This document shows, in pieces, positions 14,107-26,601 of a stretch of 41,986 bases of DNA (within the stretch, counting starts at the first letter, position 1; every line of letters starts with the position of its first letter). The stretch is from Cirrosporium novae-zelandiae (taxonomy: Eukaryota). Made by a program: the position numbers and the translations under genes. The stretch is taken from the NCBI GenBank assembly GCA_026023565.1, contig JAPETS010000019.1:558001-599986 (forward strand), written 5' to 3'. Below the pieces are notes generated by a model that worked only from the letters and a program-made list of their open reading frames with translations, had not been told where the DNA came from and did no database searches.

Positions 14107-16030
14107 TTAGACTATCTCCGAATCTACCTTCTCGATGTGCTGTGGCTGAGCGTTCTTCTCTCTTGTCCCACCCCCTCCATTCTCATCTTCATTCTTATTA
14201 TAATATTCCTCGATGTCATCTTCATCCTCGTTTCGAGATTGTGTCTGATCATGACCTCCAGTCCGATGCTCAATCTCAATATTCTTCTCAACCAACTCCG
14301 TAACCCCAAACAAGTCATCCATACGTTCAAGAGACAGTCCTTTGGTCTCAGGGATGCAAAAGAATACGAATATCCACATTGTGAAGCAGAAGCACCCAAA
14401 TATGAGATATGTACCATACCCATGATCACCCACAGTTGCAAGCATGTTAGGGACCGCCCTTGCAACCACAAAGTTGAATAACCACTGAGTGGCAGCAGCA
14501 ATAGCAACATTCATGGCACGTAGACGTGCTGTCGGAATCTCGGAGACATATATCCAGCAAACAGGCCCCCAACTAAAGCTAATTAGTATATATTCTACAG
14601 TTTAGCAGAAATGAAGACCAGACATACCCAAATTGAAAAAAGGCCGCAAAAAGGTATATGCAAACTAGCGCAACGTAACCGGCCGGAATAACTGGAGCTC
14701 CTTCGACTGGAGGGGCAATGCGGACATATAGGCCAACATAAAACATGGCCGTTCCTTGAGCAATGCTGGTCCACAACAAACTTTTCCTTCGACCAAGTGA
14801 GTCGGCAGCGAATAGAAGGAAACTAGCGCATGTAACCATCTTCACAATTCCATAGATACCAGTGGCGAATAGCCCCGTCGCATTGCCCTGAATTCCAAGG
14901 TTTTCGAAGATTTGTGGCGCATAGTAATTTATTGCATTTGTGCCAGTCATTTGCTGACAAACCATCAGTAAAATAGAAATGATGGCACGATTGCGGTTTC
15001 CACGAATTGTCCACATTTCGCGCAGCAGGTCCCAGAATGAAGAGCCGCGAATGAGCTGGCGTTCATGCTCAAGCTGGGCTGAAATCTCTTGGAGCTCCAT
15101 TTGAACATAAGGGTGGGTGAGAGGAAGAGCTCGTACGCGAGCCAGCGTCCTTTGTGCATCATCCCATCGATCCTTTTTGGCTAGCCAGCGAGGTGATTCG
15201 TTGCATATGAGCATTCCAAAGAAGAGGAAGATAGCAGGTAGGGCTTGCATAACGAGTGGGACAATATAGGTAGAGGCACCATGGAGGTGGAGTAATGAGC
15301 CGTAATTTACCCAGAAGGAAAGCATAGTTCCCGTGGCAATGAAGAGCTGATAGAGACCGGTTAGACCGCCACGTATAGCTCGTGGTGCATTTTCCGAGAT
15401 ATAAAGAGGATTTAACATGGACGCAGCACCGACTCCAACTCCAGAAATGAACCTGACGTTATAAGTATAGTATCTACGGTTGACGGGAGCTTAACACGGA
15501 ATCTTACCTTCCCACATACATTGCGGCTAGCTCTCCAGATGCCGCTGACTGGAGGACAACGCCAACGATGATGACACCAGCTGACATTAACAAAGCAGGC
15601 CGTCGTCCAAGCCTCTCTGCAAACCATGCAACCACAAGAGCTCCAGCAAATGCACCGGCTTGTAAAGTAGAGACAATGTTCGCAGACAAATCAGCGGCTC
15701 CGACTTTGTCTAAGTCGGAGATTCCGAATTTACTGCGATGGTTAGATATCTATCCAATTGAAGAGTATTCATAAGCTTACTCCTTAAAAGCATCAAGAGT
15801 GAGAACGCCACCAATTGCACCAATGTCCCATCCAAACACCATACCCCCAAAGCAAGCCTGGGGAACATAGTGGTCAGTCATGTCATTTCCACAAGTTTCA
15901 TCTAATTTGAAGAACGAAGTCACTTGGAGGAACAGACAGAGCAAGCAAGAATATAAACCCTCCATTGATAGATCTCTGGAGGATCCTCTTTCATAGCTTC
16001 ATTGTGAATGACTCTCTGCAGGAACTTCAT
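14107..16030 (-). CDS. Quinate-permease-like MFS sugar porter; 5 exons
   Basis: [26 protein letters not shown].../[17 protein letters not shown]...ERLGRR...[12 protein letters not shown]...NESPRWL...[14 protein letters not shown]...[13 protein letters not shown]...[16 protein letters not shown]. Confidence 0.92.
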
Positions 16031-17263
16031 GTTGACGGTTGGTGGAGCTTCGGGTTAACCAGCAGAAGAATGACTCTAAAGAGAAGTTTGAACACAGGCC
16101 GGAAATGAAGTTTAAAAACTGATAGCTGTACTTCAAAGCTACTTAGCTAGCTATATGGCTCCATAGATTCCTTAGCTAAGAACGGGTAGATGGGACCAGC
16201 TTTCATCTATTCTTACTTCTCCACATTCATCCTAGATGTATTTCTTCCGTGTGGAGCACAGCCAAGAACAACCGAGGGTGAGAGGATTGAGAGAAAGAGA
16301 ACATGGGACAATTTTCATTCGATGTATCGAAGGTTCAAGGGTCAACACCTCAATCCAGTTCGGGTATGGTTGAAACATTCAAAATGCGGAGAAGTGATCA
16401 AGGTTGGTCCCTAAGTTCTAAGATGCAAACTATGGTTCGCCTACAGGTGGTACAAGTAAAAGTTCAGGGTGCAGTGATAGGAGGGAAAATTGAGAAGATG
16501 TACTCTCGTAAGATAAAGAGTGGCAAAGAATGTACTTTTGACGGGTAGAAATGAAAGCGACCAGACCCAAAGATAGAACCAGAATAATGTGACCTTAAAG
16601 AGGCCTTCAATTGAATTGTTATTGAAAATTGATTTTGTTTGAAGGCCTCCCTAAAGTCACTTTTCTAGGTTTCGTTTTTCTTGGGGTCTGGTCATTTTCA
16701 TTTCTACCTGTCGAAAGTAAGCTGAGAAACAGGATAAACATCCATCCCTACAACCTACCCCAGGGAGAGTACATATAATTATTAGCATTTGATAGCATTT
16801 GATATTGTGGACAAAGGTCTTGATGCAAATGTTACAAACAGCAAATGTTGGTGTTTGTCTGGTTTGATATTTCTTCATGCCTAAGGTGCTAATAATTACT
16901 CTCTTCTCAGCTTTGGTTGTACTGTACAACCATCATCCCCACAGTCATGCGGCAACAATTGCGCATATATGCATCACGCGGCTTTGACCTTCACGTCTGT
17001 GGCTTCCAAGTTCCTGAGAATGATGAAAATGATGAAAATTAATATTGATGTGTTACGAACACGTTCCTTCCTCAAAGTAATCATTGGTTCTGAGTCTTCT
17101 TCAGTCATGCTAACCAGAGCAGGAGCATGGATTGTTTCATCAATACTTATATGCCCATTAAAGCCAGGATAGAGATTAATCCTTATCTATATCAGCTTAT
17201 CAACTCTTCCTAGATTGCTACCCTCGCACAGATTACTGCAAAAGACCATCAGATTCCGAATAC

Positions 17264-18624
17264 ATGACGATACCTGACATGGAACTACCTGCCATGGTCA
17301 CTCCCTCCAATAGTGCGCCTAATTACTCAGATACATCAACACTCATTCCAGCTCCTGTGAACTATGAGCCGCCACCCTACCGGTACAAGTACCAAAAACA
17401 GCGGAACAAGATAAGAAAAGATTCTACCTCTCTAGCCTTCTACGACTTTTGGATTCTTGCTATTTCGACATGTCTAGGGAAATATAACCCCTTCTCCCAT
17501 CTCGCTGACCCTTCTCGTGATACAATATGGTTATTCGATTCTATCGCTTTTCAGGACATTAGTGGGGCATGGAAAGCGGAGGTCACAGCAGCATACTTCT
17601 ACAAAGACAGTGGGCAAGAAGTGACAAACACTGCAGCGGATATAGCTCTGGATATTGGTCTACATGACTTTGGGGACGAGCAGTCCCGCGAAGAAACCAG
17701 GAACACGATGACAGAACGACTTCAACTATTCCTTGATATTATCGCACCTTCAACAACAGTCAATATAGATTTCCCGAACGGTAGTCAACAACTCCAACCA
17801 GCTGGCTCAAATGGGATCAGTTGTCAGGTTTTAAGTGTCCCACGGAGGCCTCCCGTTATTGACACTCCCACTATTAAATTTGAAGTAATGGATTTTCCAC
17901 CTTCCGTTTCGATGGATGTTTACTACAATGACCCTTGGGGTTGGACCGTGGTTTCGGACATTGACGATTCGATCAAAGTTACCGAGACACCTAGCACTCT
18001 TGGGGTTCTGAAAACCACGTTCGCTTTACCGTTCACTCCTGTTCCGGGCATGCCGCAGCTCTACAACCACATCCAGCAGGTCTTTTCTCCTTCGTGGCTC
18101 TATCTTTCGGCTTCCCCCTACAACCTTTACCCAGTACTTCGCCCTTTTATCTTCCAATTCTATCCCAAAGGACAGATTATCCTCCGCGATAATAATTGGA
18201 TGGCTCTAGATGATCTATACACTACATTAACTGAGGGGTTAGTACTCCGTTTTCTTGGGAATAGCAGGAGCAGGAAACTAATGACTTGTAATCACTTAGA
18301 ACGCAGGAATTCAAGGAAAAACGTTTGTACAAAATTCACAGCTGGATTCCTGGCCGTAATATCATCTGTATAGGAGACTCAACACAGAGTGACCCTGAAA
18401 CATATGCAGCTGTATATCGAAAACATCCCACATGGATAAAAGGAATCTTTATTCGAAGAGTGAACGGTTTCTGGGATAACCCTGAAGAACGGCAGAAGAA
18501 GAACAGCACGGATCGATTCCAGGAAGCCTTCAAAGACATACCAAGGGAATTGTGGAAAGTGTTTGATGAACCAACTGAATTGTACGCAGACATGGTTCGC
18601 TTGAAGGCCTCGGTTGTGATTTAG
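17264..18624 (+). CDS. APP1-type phosphatidate phosphatase (DUF2183/APP1_cat, HAD-like); 2 exons
   Basis: VVSDIDDSIK (DxDxT-like motif), YLSASPYNLY, ICIGDSTQSDPETY, IFIRRV; intron at ~18238-18299. Confidence 0.85.
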
Positions 18625-19026
18625 GTTCTTTTGCATTGTTGTACCTATAAATTCTCAGAAATAACTCTTTTCGGACTCTTTTCATGTTAGACTGTTACAC
18701 TTCAAGACCATTGACCGCTGTTATAACTCTACTTTCAATTATGTGCTTCATATATTCCGTGAAAACGCCCTTGGACGCAGAAACTTTTGTCTAATTGCTT
18801 TCATCCTTTACGCCAGGATCAACAATATTATAAAGACAGTTTTTTATTGTCTCAATGGCACAATTGTGGCAAGCCGTTCCTCATTCTACACATTTTCGTA
18901 TTTCTATCATTCTCGAATTATAGAATTAACAGGGTGGGATACTACTAATAGCAAAGCCCATTTATAAGATTCTTAGTTGTGATCAAAAAATGTGGATGGC
19001 ATGCCAATTATCCAAACCTAAGGCCG

Positions 19027-20079
19027 CTATTTCTTTTCATCCAGATCTGGTTTCCGCCCATAAACAGCAATGACAGTATTATAATAATGCTGACTATGGT
19101 CTTCCAAACTTTCTCTCCCCTCCTGCAAAAAAGCCTCCATCTTCTCCCTCGGCCATCCAAGCGCCTTTGTAAAAAGCATCACCGTCAAGACCTCTAGCCC
19201 TCCAAGCTCCAACATGTTCTGCTTGAAGAGCTCACCCAACGTATGGAGAGGCTCATCGGTAGGCCAGCCGCCCCAAGGCCACTTGAATATTACTTGGCGC
19301 ACATCTTCAAACCCCGCATGGCGCATCATGTTCTTCAGCTCGTTTGTCTTATTCATATCCATGCCTAATTTCTGGCCCGCCTCGTTCATGAGCTTTGTTA
19401 GTCTAATAACAAAATGATCATCCTTAACAGTTCCATCATCACAACAAGCGTCGAGCGCTGTCGGCACAATCTCATGGCACTCGACCCAACCGCCGGGATT
19501 TGAATTCTCGAAGCACTGTCGAAAAAAACCCGGCCAGTCCTTCAAAGCCGCGACCAATGCGCGGCTGTGTATGAAATCGAATTTGATATTGTGACTCCAG
19601 GGCAACTCGCTATTCTCAACTTTGAATGAGCAGTTGGAGGGTGTGCGTGCGGGCTGAATCGGACTAAGATCTGTGCCAAGGATTTGAGCATTCGGATAGG
19701 CTTCTGCGAAATCGATAGCCCAGTTTCCGGTGCCGGTGCCAATGTCAAGAACATTGAGAGGTCGAGAGAGAGGAGAAAGGTGAAGTGTATGGTTGAGGGT
19801 GAGGACCCACTAGTTAAGATAGACGGGATATTAATACATGCATATAGACAGAGTGTAGATATTCGTTGATTCAAAAGATGTAGACCCAGTTCGGGTTGAG
19901 AAAATCAATAGGGAATAACCAACCATGTGATGTTGAAGGGCAAGCCTCTTGACTTCAATTGGGTCGTTGGGGAAAAAGTAAACTGCATATTTGAAATGAT
20001 GATATTGCCGTGCCTTCATCTTGTCAACGGTTGAAGGCGTATCAGCTGGGGCCGATTCTAGATGCACCGGCTCTGCCAT
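19027..20079 (-). CDS. LaeA-like class I SAM-dependent methyltransferase; 2 exons
   Basis: YFFPNDPIEVKRLALQHHM/WVLTL...VLDIGTGTGNWAIDFA...GTDLSPIQP...FDFIHSR...PGGWVE...KWPWGGWP...VYGRKP. Confidence 0.9.
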
Positions 20080-20634
20080 TGCCAAATCTATCACTTAGTT
20101 GTTGGAATATCTTGTTTAGTATTGTGTCATATGAATTCTATACTTGACTCAAAATATTAAATAACGGAATACAAGTACGTTTTGAGAAGGCCCGTAATAC
20201 TGGGACAAGATATCCTATCAACTATACCCCACCTTCTAAACATGACGATCCAGCGTAGGTGCTACTTTATCAAGTAACAGCTGCTTGATGCCAAATTAAC
20301 CTGTTGTAGCGTTTGCCGGAGTTATTCCTTGATCAAGAAACGTTTCTTCAGGAATTTCCGCTTGCAAAGAATTGATTGATAGATGGACATGGAATTAAAG
20401 TTAGTATTTTCCCGTAGAGCTTCATTGATTCCTCGAATGCTGTGAATTCTACATACTGTAATCAATAATATGGGAATCAGAGGCTTGAAGTGACGTTTAG
20501 TGGTGAGAATCAATTGATTAGGGCTAGGGTGTATGGGTTCTGAAATAGGCTTAGTCGAAGCTTAACATTAAAGCTTCAGTTAAGCTTCATCAATTGATAA
20601 AAAGCAAAACATCAGAATGCTTGAGCCCACTTTA

Positions 20635-20651
20635 CGGACGACAGATGTCCG
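20635..20651. promoter_or_regulatory. Gal4-type UAS CGG-N11-CCG (CGGACGACAGATGTCCG) upstream of ADH
   Basis: 16/17 identical to the 3742 site; 445 bp upstream of the ADH start codon. Confidence 0.7.
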
Positions 20652-21095
20652 CTTTGCATATGATTGACACTTTGATAATGAGAATGATATTAATATGAAA
20701 TACTTTGTATCATGTACAATGACCCCCACGTACTTTCATGGATGGTTCTGGCCATGTCTCTCCCGCTGCCCCGCCATTCTCCCACCTGAATGGGGGTTTC
20801 TGATCACAGAATGCCTTCATTCGTCCTACTCCTAATAATACAAATGGATGTAGAATACTACTCGAGTAGGACCTCTGATGTTATATATAGGCGTGGGGGT
20901 TCATAAAGGTATCATGCTGTCCTTGATGATAGGTCATCGTTCCCCATACCGTAATGGCGTCGGTCAAGCTAGCGGCTGGTTTTGCTATATATAATCCTAT
21001 CATGGCCAGTCTGACAGGACTATCTTGAGACCATTACTTCTCTTACGATCTCATTCCCGCACAAATCATACCTTACTCATCCTACGTTCACTTCC

Positions 21096-22319
21096 ATGTC
21101 TTTCTCAACCCCCTTGTCCCTTCCGAAGACCCAAACTGCAGCTGTTGTTTATAAACAAGGCGGACCCGTACAATTCCGAGATGATTGGCCCGTGCCTACT
21201 CCCAAAGACAGGGAGGTTCTTGCAAAGGTCTTATATACTGGTGTATGTCAAAGCGACTTGCATACGAAAGAAGGGACCGCTGCAGGAGCTGACGGGAACC
21301 CAATAACTCAAATCAAGCTCCCTCATGTGGGTGGCCATGAAGGTGTTGGAAGAATAATTGCAATAGGCCCAGGCTGTGGTGATGATATTAGAATTGGTCA
21401 ACTCGTGGGAATAAGATTCGCAAGCCGGATTTGCAGACGTTGCGAATTTTGTCTCGGCGGGGCAGAGCAGTATTGTATCAAGAGCACAAATCACCTCCAT
21501 CACGAGGATGGTAGCTTTCAGGAGTACATTGCGCTTGATACAGATTATCTCACGCTTCTACCCGATGACGTGGACCCAGTGGTGATGGGCCCAGTTCTTT
21601 GCGCTGGATTGACGGCATATAAGGTGGGTTTGAAGATATAATGACTAGGAGCACTATCGCTCATGAGTGTCAAGGCTATTTTGAATGCAAATTTGAAACC
21701 CGGAGCTAATCAATGGCTTGTTATCGCCGGTGCCGGAGGTGGACTTGGCCATCTTGCTGGTTAGTGCTTGTTGATGTCTGGTATTATAATACAAGCTTAC
21801 CCTCTTTAAGTTCAGTATGGCCTCGCAATTGGTGCCCGCATTATTGCAATTGATGGCCCCTCTAAGCAAGAATTTGTCAAATCCCTTGGTGCACACAAAT
21901 TCCTGGATTTCACAAGTACCCCCAACCTCGTTCAGACCGTCTGTGACATCACTGATGGTGGTGCTCATGCTGTCGTCGTTACCGCCGGTAACCACAAAGC
22001 TTTCTCCCAAGCAGCAGATATGCTTCGCGTCGGGGGAACATTAAGCTGCGTTGGAATTCCTCCCGGAAAGGCATTTGTGGAGACTCCTGTGAGTGTTATC
22101 GTAATCAAGGGTTTGAAGATTACAGGAAACTTGGTGGGTAGTTTAAAAGAGTGTTTGGAAGCTGTAGAGTTGGTTAGGAGAGGGATTGTGAAGGTGAAAG
22201 TAGAAGTAAGGTCGTTTAGGGAATTGCCACAGGTGTATGAAGAACTAAAGAGGGGGGATATCTCTGGAAGGATTGTATTGAAGGTTGGAGATGATGACTA
22301 CCCGTCTTCTAAGCTCTAA
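21096..22319 (+). CDS. Zinc-dependent medium-chain alcohol dehydrogenase (ADH1-like); 3 exons
   Basis: GVCQSDLH, GHEGVG, CRRCEFC-x7-C structural zinc site, LCAGLTAYK, GAGGGLGH nucleotide-binding motif, GRIVLK; introns at ~21624-21674 and ~21760-21810. Confidence 0.93.
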
Positions 22320-22664
22320 AGTCATGTATTTGATTGAAGTGGGGGGCACTTCCAATCTATGCGAGCGATCGAAGTTGTAGAGATACGCAGAAGGAGTCCC
22401 ATGGAATTTAGGAAAAGCGTAGGAAGGATATTTATCTATGGAAAGTGCGACTTGTCTTGTAATAAACTACCTGAGTAGTCGAGGAAACAAGGGCTTAGAG
22501 TAGTAATTTGGGAAATAGTTTTTGGTATTTTCTCTTGCAAGAATTATAGCAATCCTACCGCATAACTATAGCAGGAAACTCTCATTGGTATAATTGTATA
22601 ATAGAAATGATGTATAGATACAAAGATCTTTTTTATCAAGGTCAACGTCGACAAATAAATGCGA

Positions 22665-25535
22665 TCAAGAGAGAGTGATCAACTTCCAGGTTGGCTTCGC
22701 TTGGACAAAGGCAGTAACGTGGATGATACCGATTGCAACCCGGTACGCAACCCCGTCCTTTCTCTCAATCATCATAACATTATAGAGTGGCCATGGCTTG
22801 TTTTTATTATACCTTCGATGATCGTATTTGTCATAAGCGCGTTCTACCGATTGTTGGTTCGGGTATATAGCAACATGGTTAGAGACATTCTTGGTATCGT
22901 CTGTCGGCGGAGGATAACTTGTGTAATTCTTATACGGCTCATACACTTTATGAAAGGTCGATTCGGTGTAGTGACCTCGACGTCGCGAGAGACACACAAA
23001 TTCGTTGGGTTCGCTTGGTAAAGTGGCCACCGTATGTGCTGGGATATAGATTGTTCCCGCAATGAAACCGTCCGCATCAAAAATGTTATGAGGGCAGAGA
23101 ATATGATTATCTTTTTCACACGAAGATATCATATCGAATTGGAATGGGTGGGGCGTAAGAGATATGCGGAAAAATGCAGTAAGTGCTTTGAACCTTAGCT
23201 CATGGGAGCCAGGTCGAATCAGAGAATATGGAATTCTTTGATCTTTTGGTGCCGTAGGATGGAGGCACCAGATATCAGGGTTATCTCGTTCAAAATAAAA
23301 TGGAGGTCCTTGCTCTGCTGTCATGACATATTCCCAGGCGCCGTGTGTGCCACCCCGAGGAGCCCGAAGCTCATCGCTGGTGAAAGAGCTATCATGTCCC
23401 GCTCGAGATCCGGTGTCCTGCCATTGTACTCTAGATAAATCGTCCAGTAAATGCTTTGTCCACTTGTATTTTATCTCCCCAACCCATCCAGCCCAACTCC
23501 AGCTAGGAAACAGTGGACTTCCAGTATCGGGATCCACTCGCCTACGAATCAAAGAGCCCGGCTGCCAAAGTAAAGCTATGTCAAGCTCCGTTTCAGGAAG
23601 TCCAAAGAGAAAGTCTCCTTTAAAAGCTGGTTGTAGTAGGGCAGTCAATCCTTGGAAAGCATTGACACCATCTGATTCGAATGTCAAGGAGCGTTTCGTG
23701 AAGCTTTCCACAGCTCTGCGATAATTATTCCAGATGGGATGCCTCTCTCCACGAATCCTTAATGCTCTTCCACCTCTGTATGCGACGTCTCTCAATCCTG
23801 CATCCTCGTTACATGTTCTTCGGTTGCAGTGGAAGTAAACTTGCCTTTCGGAGACAAAGAGATACCTTTTGCTTAGTTCACGTTCTTGATACGTCCAGCC
23901 CCTAGTGTTCCAGGCGGATCCATCAATGGTCTGGTCCATGTAAGGGAGTACATTTGCTAAGATCATGCCTTGCACGTATTCAATCTTCTGGGTAGACTTT
24001 CTTGAATGAGGCTGGACACCTGGGAGGCCAGCACGGGCATTGTCACCGTACGCGGCAACAATCGTAAGAATAGCTCGGCTATATATGTTGCCCATGTTTG
24101 CGATCTGTGTCATTTTGTTTTCGACGTCATCTTGAACAATGCATAAAGAGTCCACCCATAAATATTTCTCTCCAATGTGGGCTACAAGTTGGATTGCATC
24201 CCGTATCGTCCCCGGGATCATTTCATTCTTAATAGAGATGCTATGCGGTTCATGCAATTCTACTGCTCGTGCCTTGACATTCTGAAAGGGTTGTGGGCCT
24301 CCCCAAACATAACTAAGTGCAACATATCTTGCATCGAATCTAACGTCAGCAAGACATTCACGTCTAACGTCGATAACTAAAAGATCATATGTGCTCGAAG
24401 TCAGCGAAATGGGCCGACAGGGCTGGATAATGAGAGCTGATGGGTCATGAATACTGGTTACCCTCGGAGGTTCGAAGGATGCATTGAAGGAATTGTACTG
24501 TAAGGTGAGAGAAACGTGCTCCTGTTCGCAAGTCCGAAGCCACGATTTAACTAGATCCGTGTCGATTCGATCCTTGACAAAACGGGAGTCGTTGAACTTT
24601 TGTTCAGGCGGAATCTCATCACCATTGAGAATCTGGTGTATACATCCAGTCCCAAGGACAGGTTCACCCCCATTTGGGAGTAGAAGAGTGAGCTCAAAGC
24701 AGATGTTTCTAATCCTCGATGCGTACCGATTCCACTCAGGATCTCCGATAAGTTTGCAATCAATGGCTTTGACAACGTTTCCAATATTCTCTATAGTCTC
24801 ATGCAATAGAATCGAGGCAGTATGAGAAACCAGTCGACAAAAGGAGCAGTGTGTCTTCTTTACGATAGTCTGGAGAGGTCCTAAAGGGATAGGCAAGTAC
24901 ATGGAAGAATCGGTCGTATGTAGCAAGGCGTCGAAGCTGATATCGCGACAAAAAGCACATAAGCCATCATCTTCATGAAGTGACGGGATCCCAATCTTCC
25001 AAGGAGGAGTTTCGGTTGATCTACTACTGGCTTCATTGTTATTAAGTTCGCCGCTGTTCGCTTGCTCACTGTTGAATCCATCGCGATTTATTTCCTCGTT
25101 TTCAATTTTATTGTTGGCTGCCTCGTTGCTATCGGCGGCCACATATGTGGCCCCATCATTATCAGCTCCATCGTCGTTAAGATTTCCATTATCAGTTTTG
25201 TCGCTCTCTCCTTTGTTGCTATCACTTTCATCGATGATTGCCACGATTGCGTCGCTATCTCCCCCATTAGTGGTAGTTTCGTCGTTATCGACTTCATCAT
25301 CGGCCCCATCACTTCCCGAAATAAATCCATCGTTTTCATCATCAAAATCGACATCTCCATTTCGAATGAACAGTCGCTTTCGAACTAGATATCCACGTAT
25401 AAGCCCTTGCAAACCCGTGGTCCTTTCATCAATATCTCGAGCTAAATTTTCCAAATCCTCCTCAGTCCAAGGGATAGTCATCAGTTTCCTTTCAATGTCC
25501 AAAGACGACTCCGCGAAATAGTCAGCTGCTGCCAT
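22665..25535 (-). CDS. HET-domain (heterokaryon incompatibility, PF06985-type) protein with N-terminal IQ motif and acidic repeat linker
   Basis: Intronless 956-aa ORF; YVALSYVWG, TIRDAI, YLWVDSLCIVQDD, MGNIYSRA, WNTRGWTYQE, FPSWSWAGW; LQGLIRGYLVRKRL matches the IQ consensus. Confidence 0.92.
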   Translation of the reverse strand: MAAADYFAESSLDIERKLMTIPWTEEDLENLARDIDERTTGLQGLIRGYLVRKRLFIRNGDVDFDDENDGFISGSDGADDEVDNDETTTNGGDSDAIVAIIDESDSNKGESDKTDNGNLNDDGADNDGATYVAADSNEAANNKIENEEINRDGFNSEQANSGELNNNEASSRSTETPPWKIGIPSLHEDDGLCAFCRDISFDALLHTTDSSMYLPIPLGPLQTIVKKTHCSFCRLVSHTASILLHETIENIGNVVKAIDCKLIGDPEWNRYASRIRNICFELTLLLPNGGEPVLGTGCIHQILNGDEIPPEQKFNDSRFVKDRIDTDLVKSWLRTCEQEHVSLTLQYNSFNASFEPPRVTSIHDPSALIIQPCRPISLTSSTYDLLVIDVRRECLADVRFDARYVALSYVWGGPQPFQNVKARAVELHEPHSISIKNEMIPGTIRDAIQLVAHIGEKYLWVDSLCIVQDDVENKMTQIANMGNIYSRAILTIVAAYGDNARAGLPGVQPHSRKSTQKIEYVQGMILANVLPYMDQTIDGSAWNTRGWTYQERELSKRYLFVSERQVYFHCNRRTCNEDAGLRDVAYRGGRALRIRGERHPIWNNYRRAVESFTKRSLTFESDGVNAFQGLTALLQPAFKGDFLFGLPETELDIALLWQPGSLIRRRVDPDTGSPLFPSWSWAGWVGEIKYKWTKHLLDDLSRVQWQDTGSRAGHDSSFTSDELRAPRGGTHGAWEYVMTAEQGPPFYFERDNPDIWCLHPTAPKDQRIPYSLIRPGSHELRFKALTAFFRISLTPHPFQFDMISSCEKDNHILCPHNIFDADGFIAGTIYIPAHTVATLPSEPNEFVCLSRRRGHYTESTFHKVYEPYKNYTSYPPPTDDTKNVSNHVAIYPNQQSVERAYDKYDHRRYNKNKPWPLYNVMMIERKDGVAYRVAIGIIHVTAFVQAKPTWKLITLS
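25030..25320 (-). repeat. Degenerate 15-bp (pentapeptide) coding repeat in the HET gene linker
   Basis: ESDSN KGESD KTDNG NLNDD GADND GATYV AADSN EAANN KIENE EINRD GFNSE QANSG ELNNN shows a 5-aa period, roughly x-x-[DN]-[NS]-[DNEG]. Confidence 0.55.
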
Positions 25536-26601
25536 GCTCTCAGAAGAACAAATAATAAGAATGGATAAACAAAATATCTATATAACTCGATGGATGAGAT
25601 TCCTCGACAAATTGGGCTTTCATTTAAACCCAACACGCTAATGCATTGCGGCACCTGTGATCAACCAAGTGCTTATTTCGAGATTTGATCAGTAATAATA
25701 CTATTTTCGACCGTCAAACAATTTGGCGCTAGCAAATTTCTGGATCATAAAAATTTCAACACCAAGGTGGCGATCTTCCTATTTCCTTTGAATTTATAGA
25801 CGTATAGTCTAAAACTTCTTGGGCATTTAAGGGTTAGTTGGCTTGCAGTCTATTAATAGCCTGGAGTAGATGATCTACTTGGTCTACTCTGCTCCTAAGG
25901 TCGATAGGGCGCTCGAAAATTCTAATGCAGGCGCCCACCTGAAGCAAGACCCTCCACCCAATTCTTTGTTAATTACGGATGCTGAAGTATCCATAGAACG
26001 AAAGAGAAAAAGGTAGATGAAACAAGATGAACGATGACTGCTGCTAGGTATGTAGAGAGCCAGGCGGTCAGTCGGTACAGATCAAAGGTTTGGAATGAAA
26101 ATATAAGCCACGACTCACCGATAGACTGTGTTTCTGCAGCGATGGTGAGAATTAACGGATGCTGTGTAACCTCACTTGAGGATTAAGTCCATTTCTCTTT
26201 GCTGTTAGATCTTGTAAGTTGAAAGTTATGTTGGTGTTGATTGTTATGTGATGGAGAGTTTTACACAACCTACTACAAATCTTCCATCTCCAAAATTCTT
26301 GAGCTACATCTAAAGAAAGGAAATCTAGAGAAGTCCACAGAACTTTCAGATTTGCTCTTGGTTAAGAGGCCTTGCTTCTATTGACATCGCGACATGTGCA
26401 CTGCAAACACCCCTTTAAGCACTTATGCCCAGTTGTATTTCCTCCCGTTTAAATACCCTCAATGTAGCCTTACTTACCCAGACTAACAACTCTTCTTTTT
26501 AGTTTTGGGATCTCTTACCTATCTCTGCTCTACGATCTTTAGCTTGACAAACCTTGAACTCATTTTGCCTTCCTGCTAGCACAAAAATTACACTCAACAT
26601 C

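Noticed and set aside
20518..20529. Interstitial telomere (TTAGGGCTAGGG)
   Set aside because: Only two units, one imperfect; compatible with chance
25036..25521. Ser/Leu-rich plus-strand ORFs opposite the HET N-terminus
   Set aside because: Antisense shadow of the Asp/Asn-rich linker
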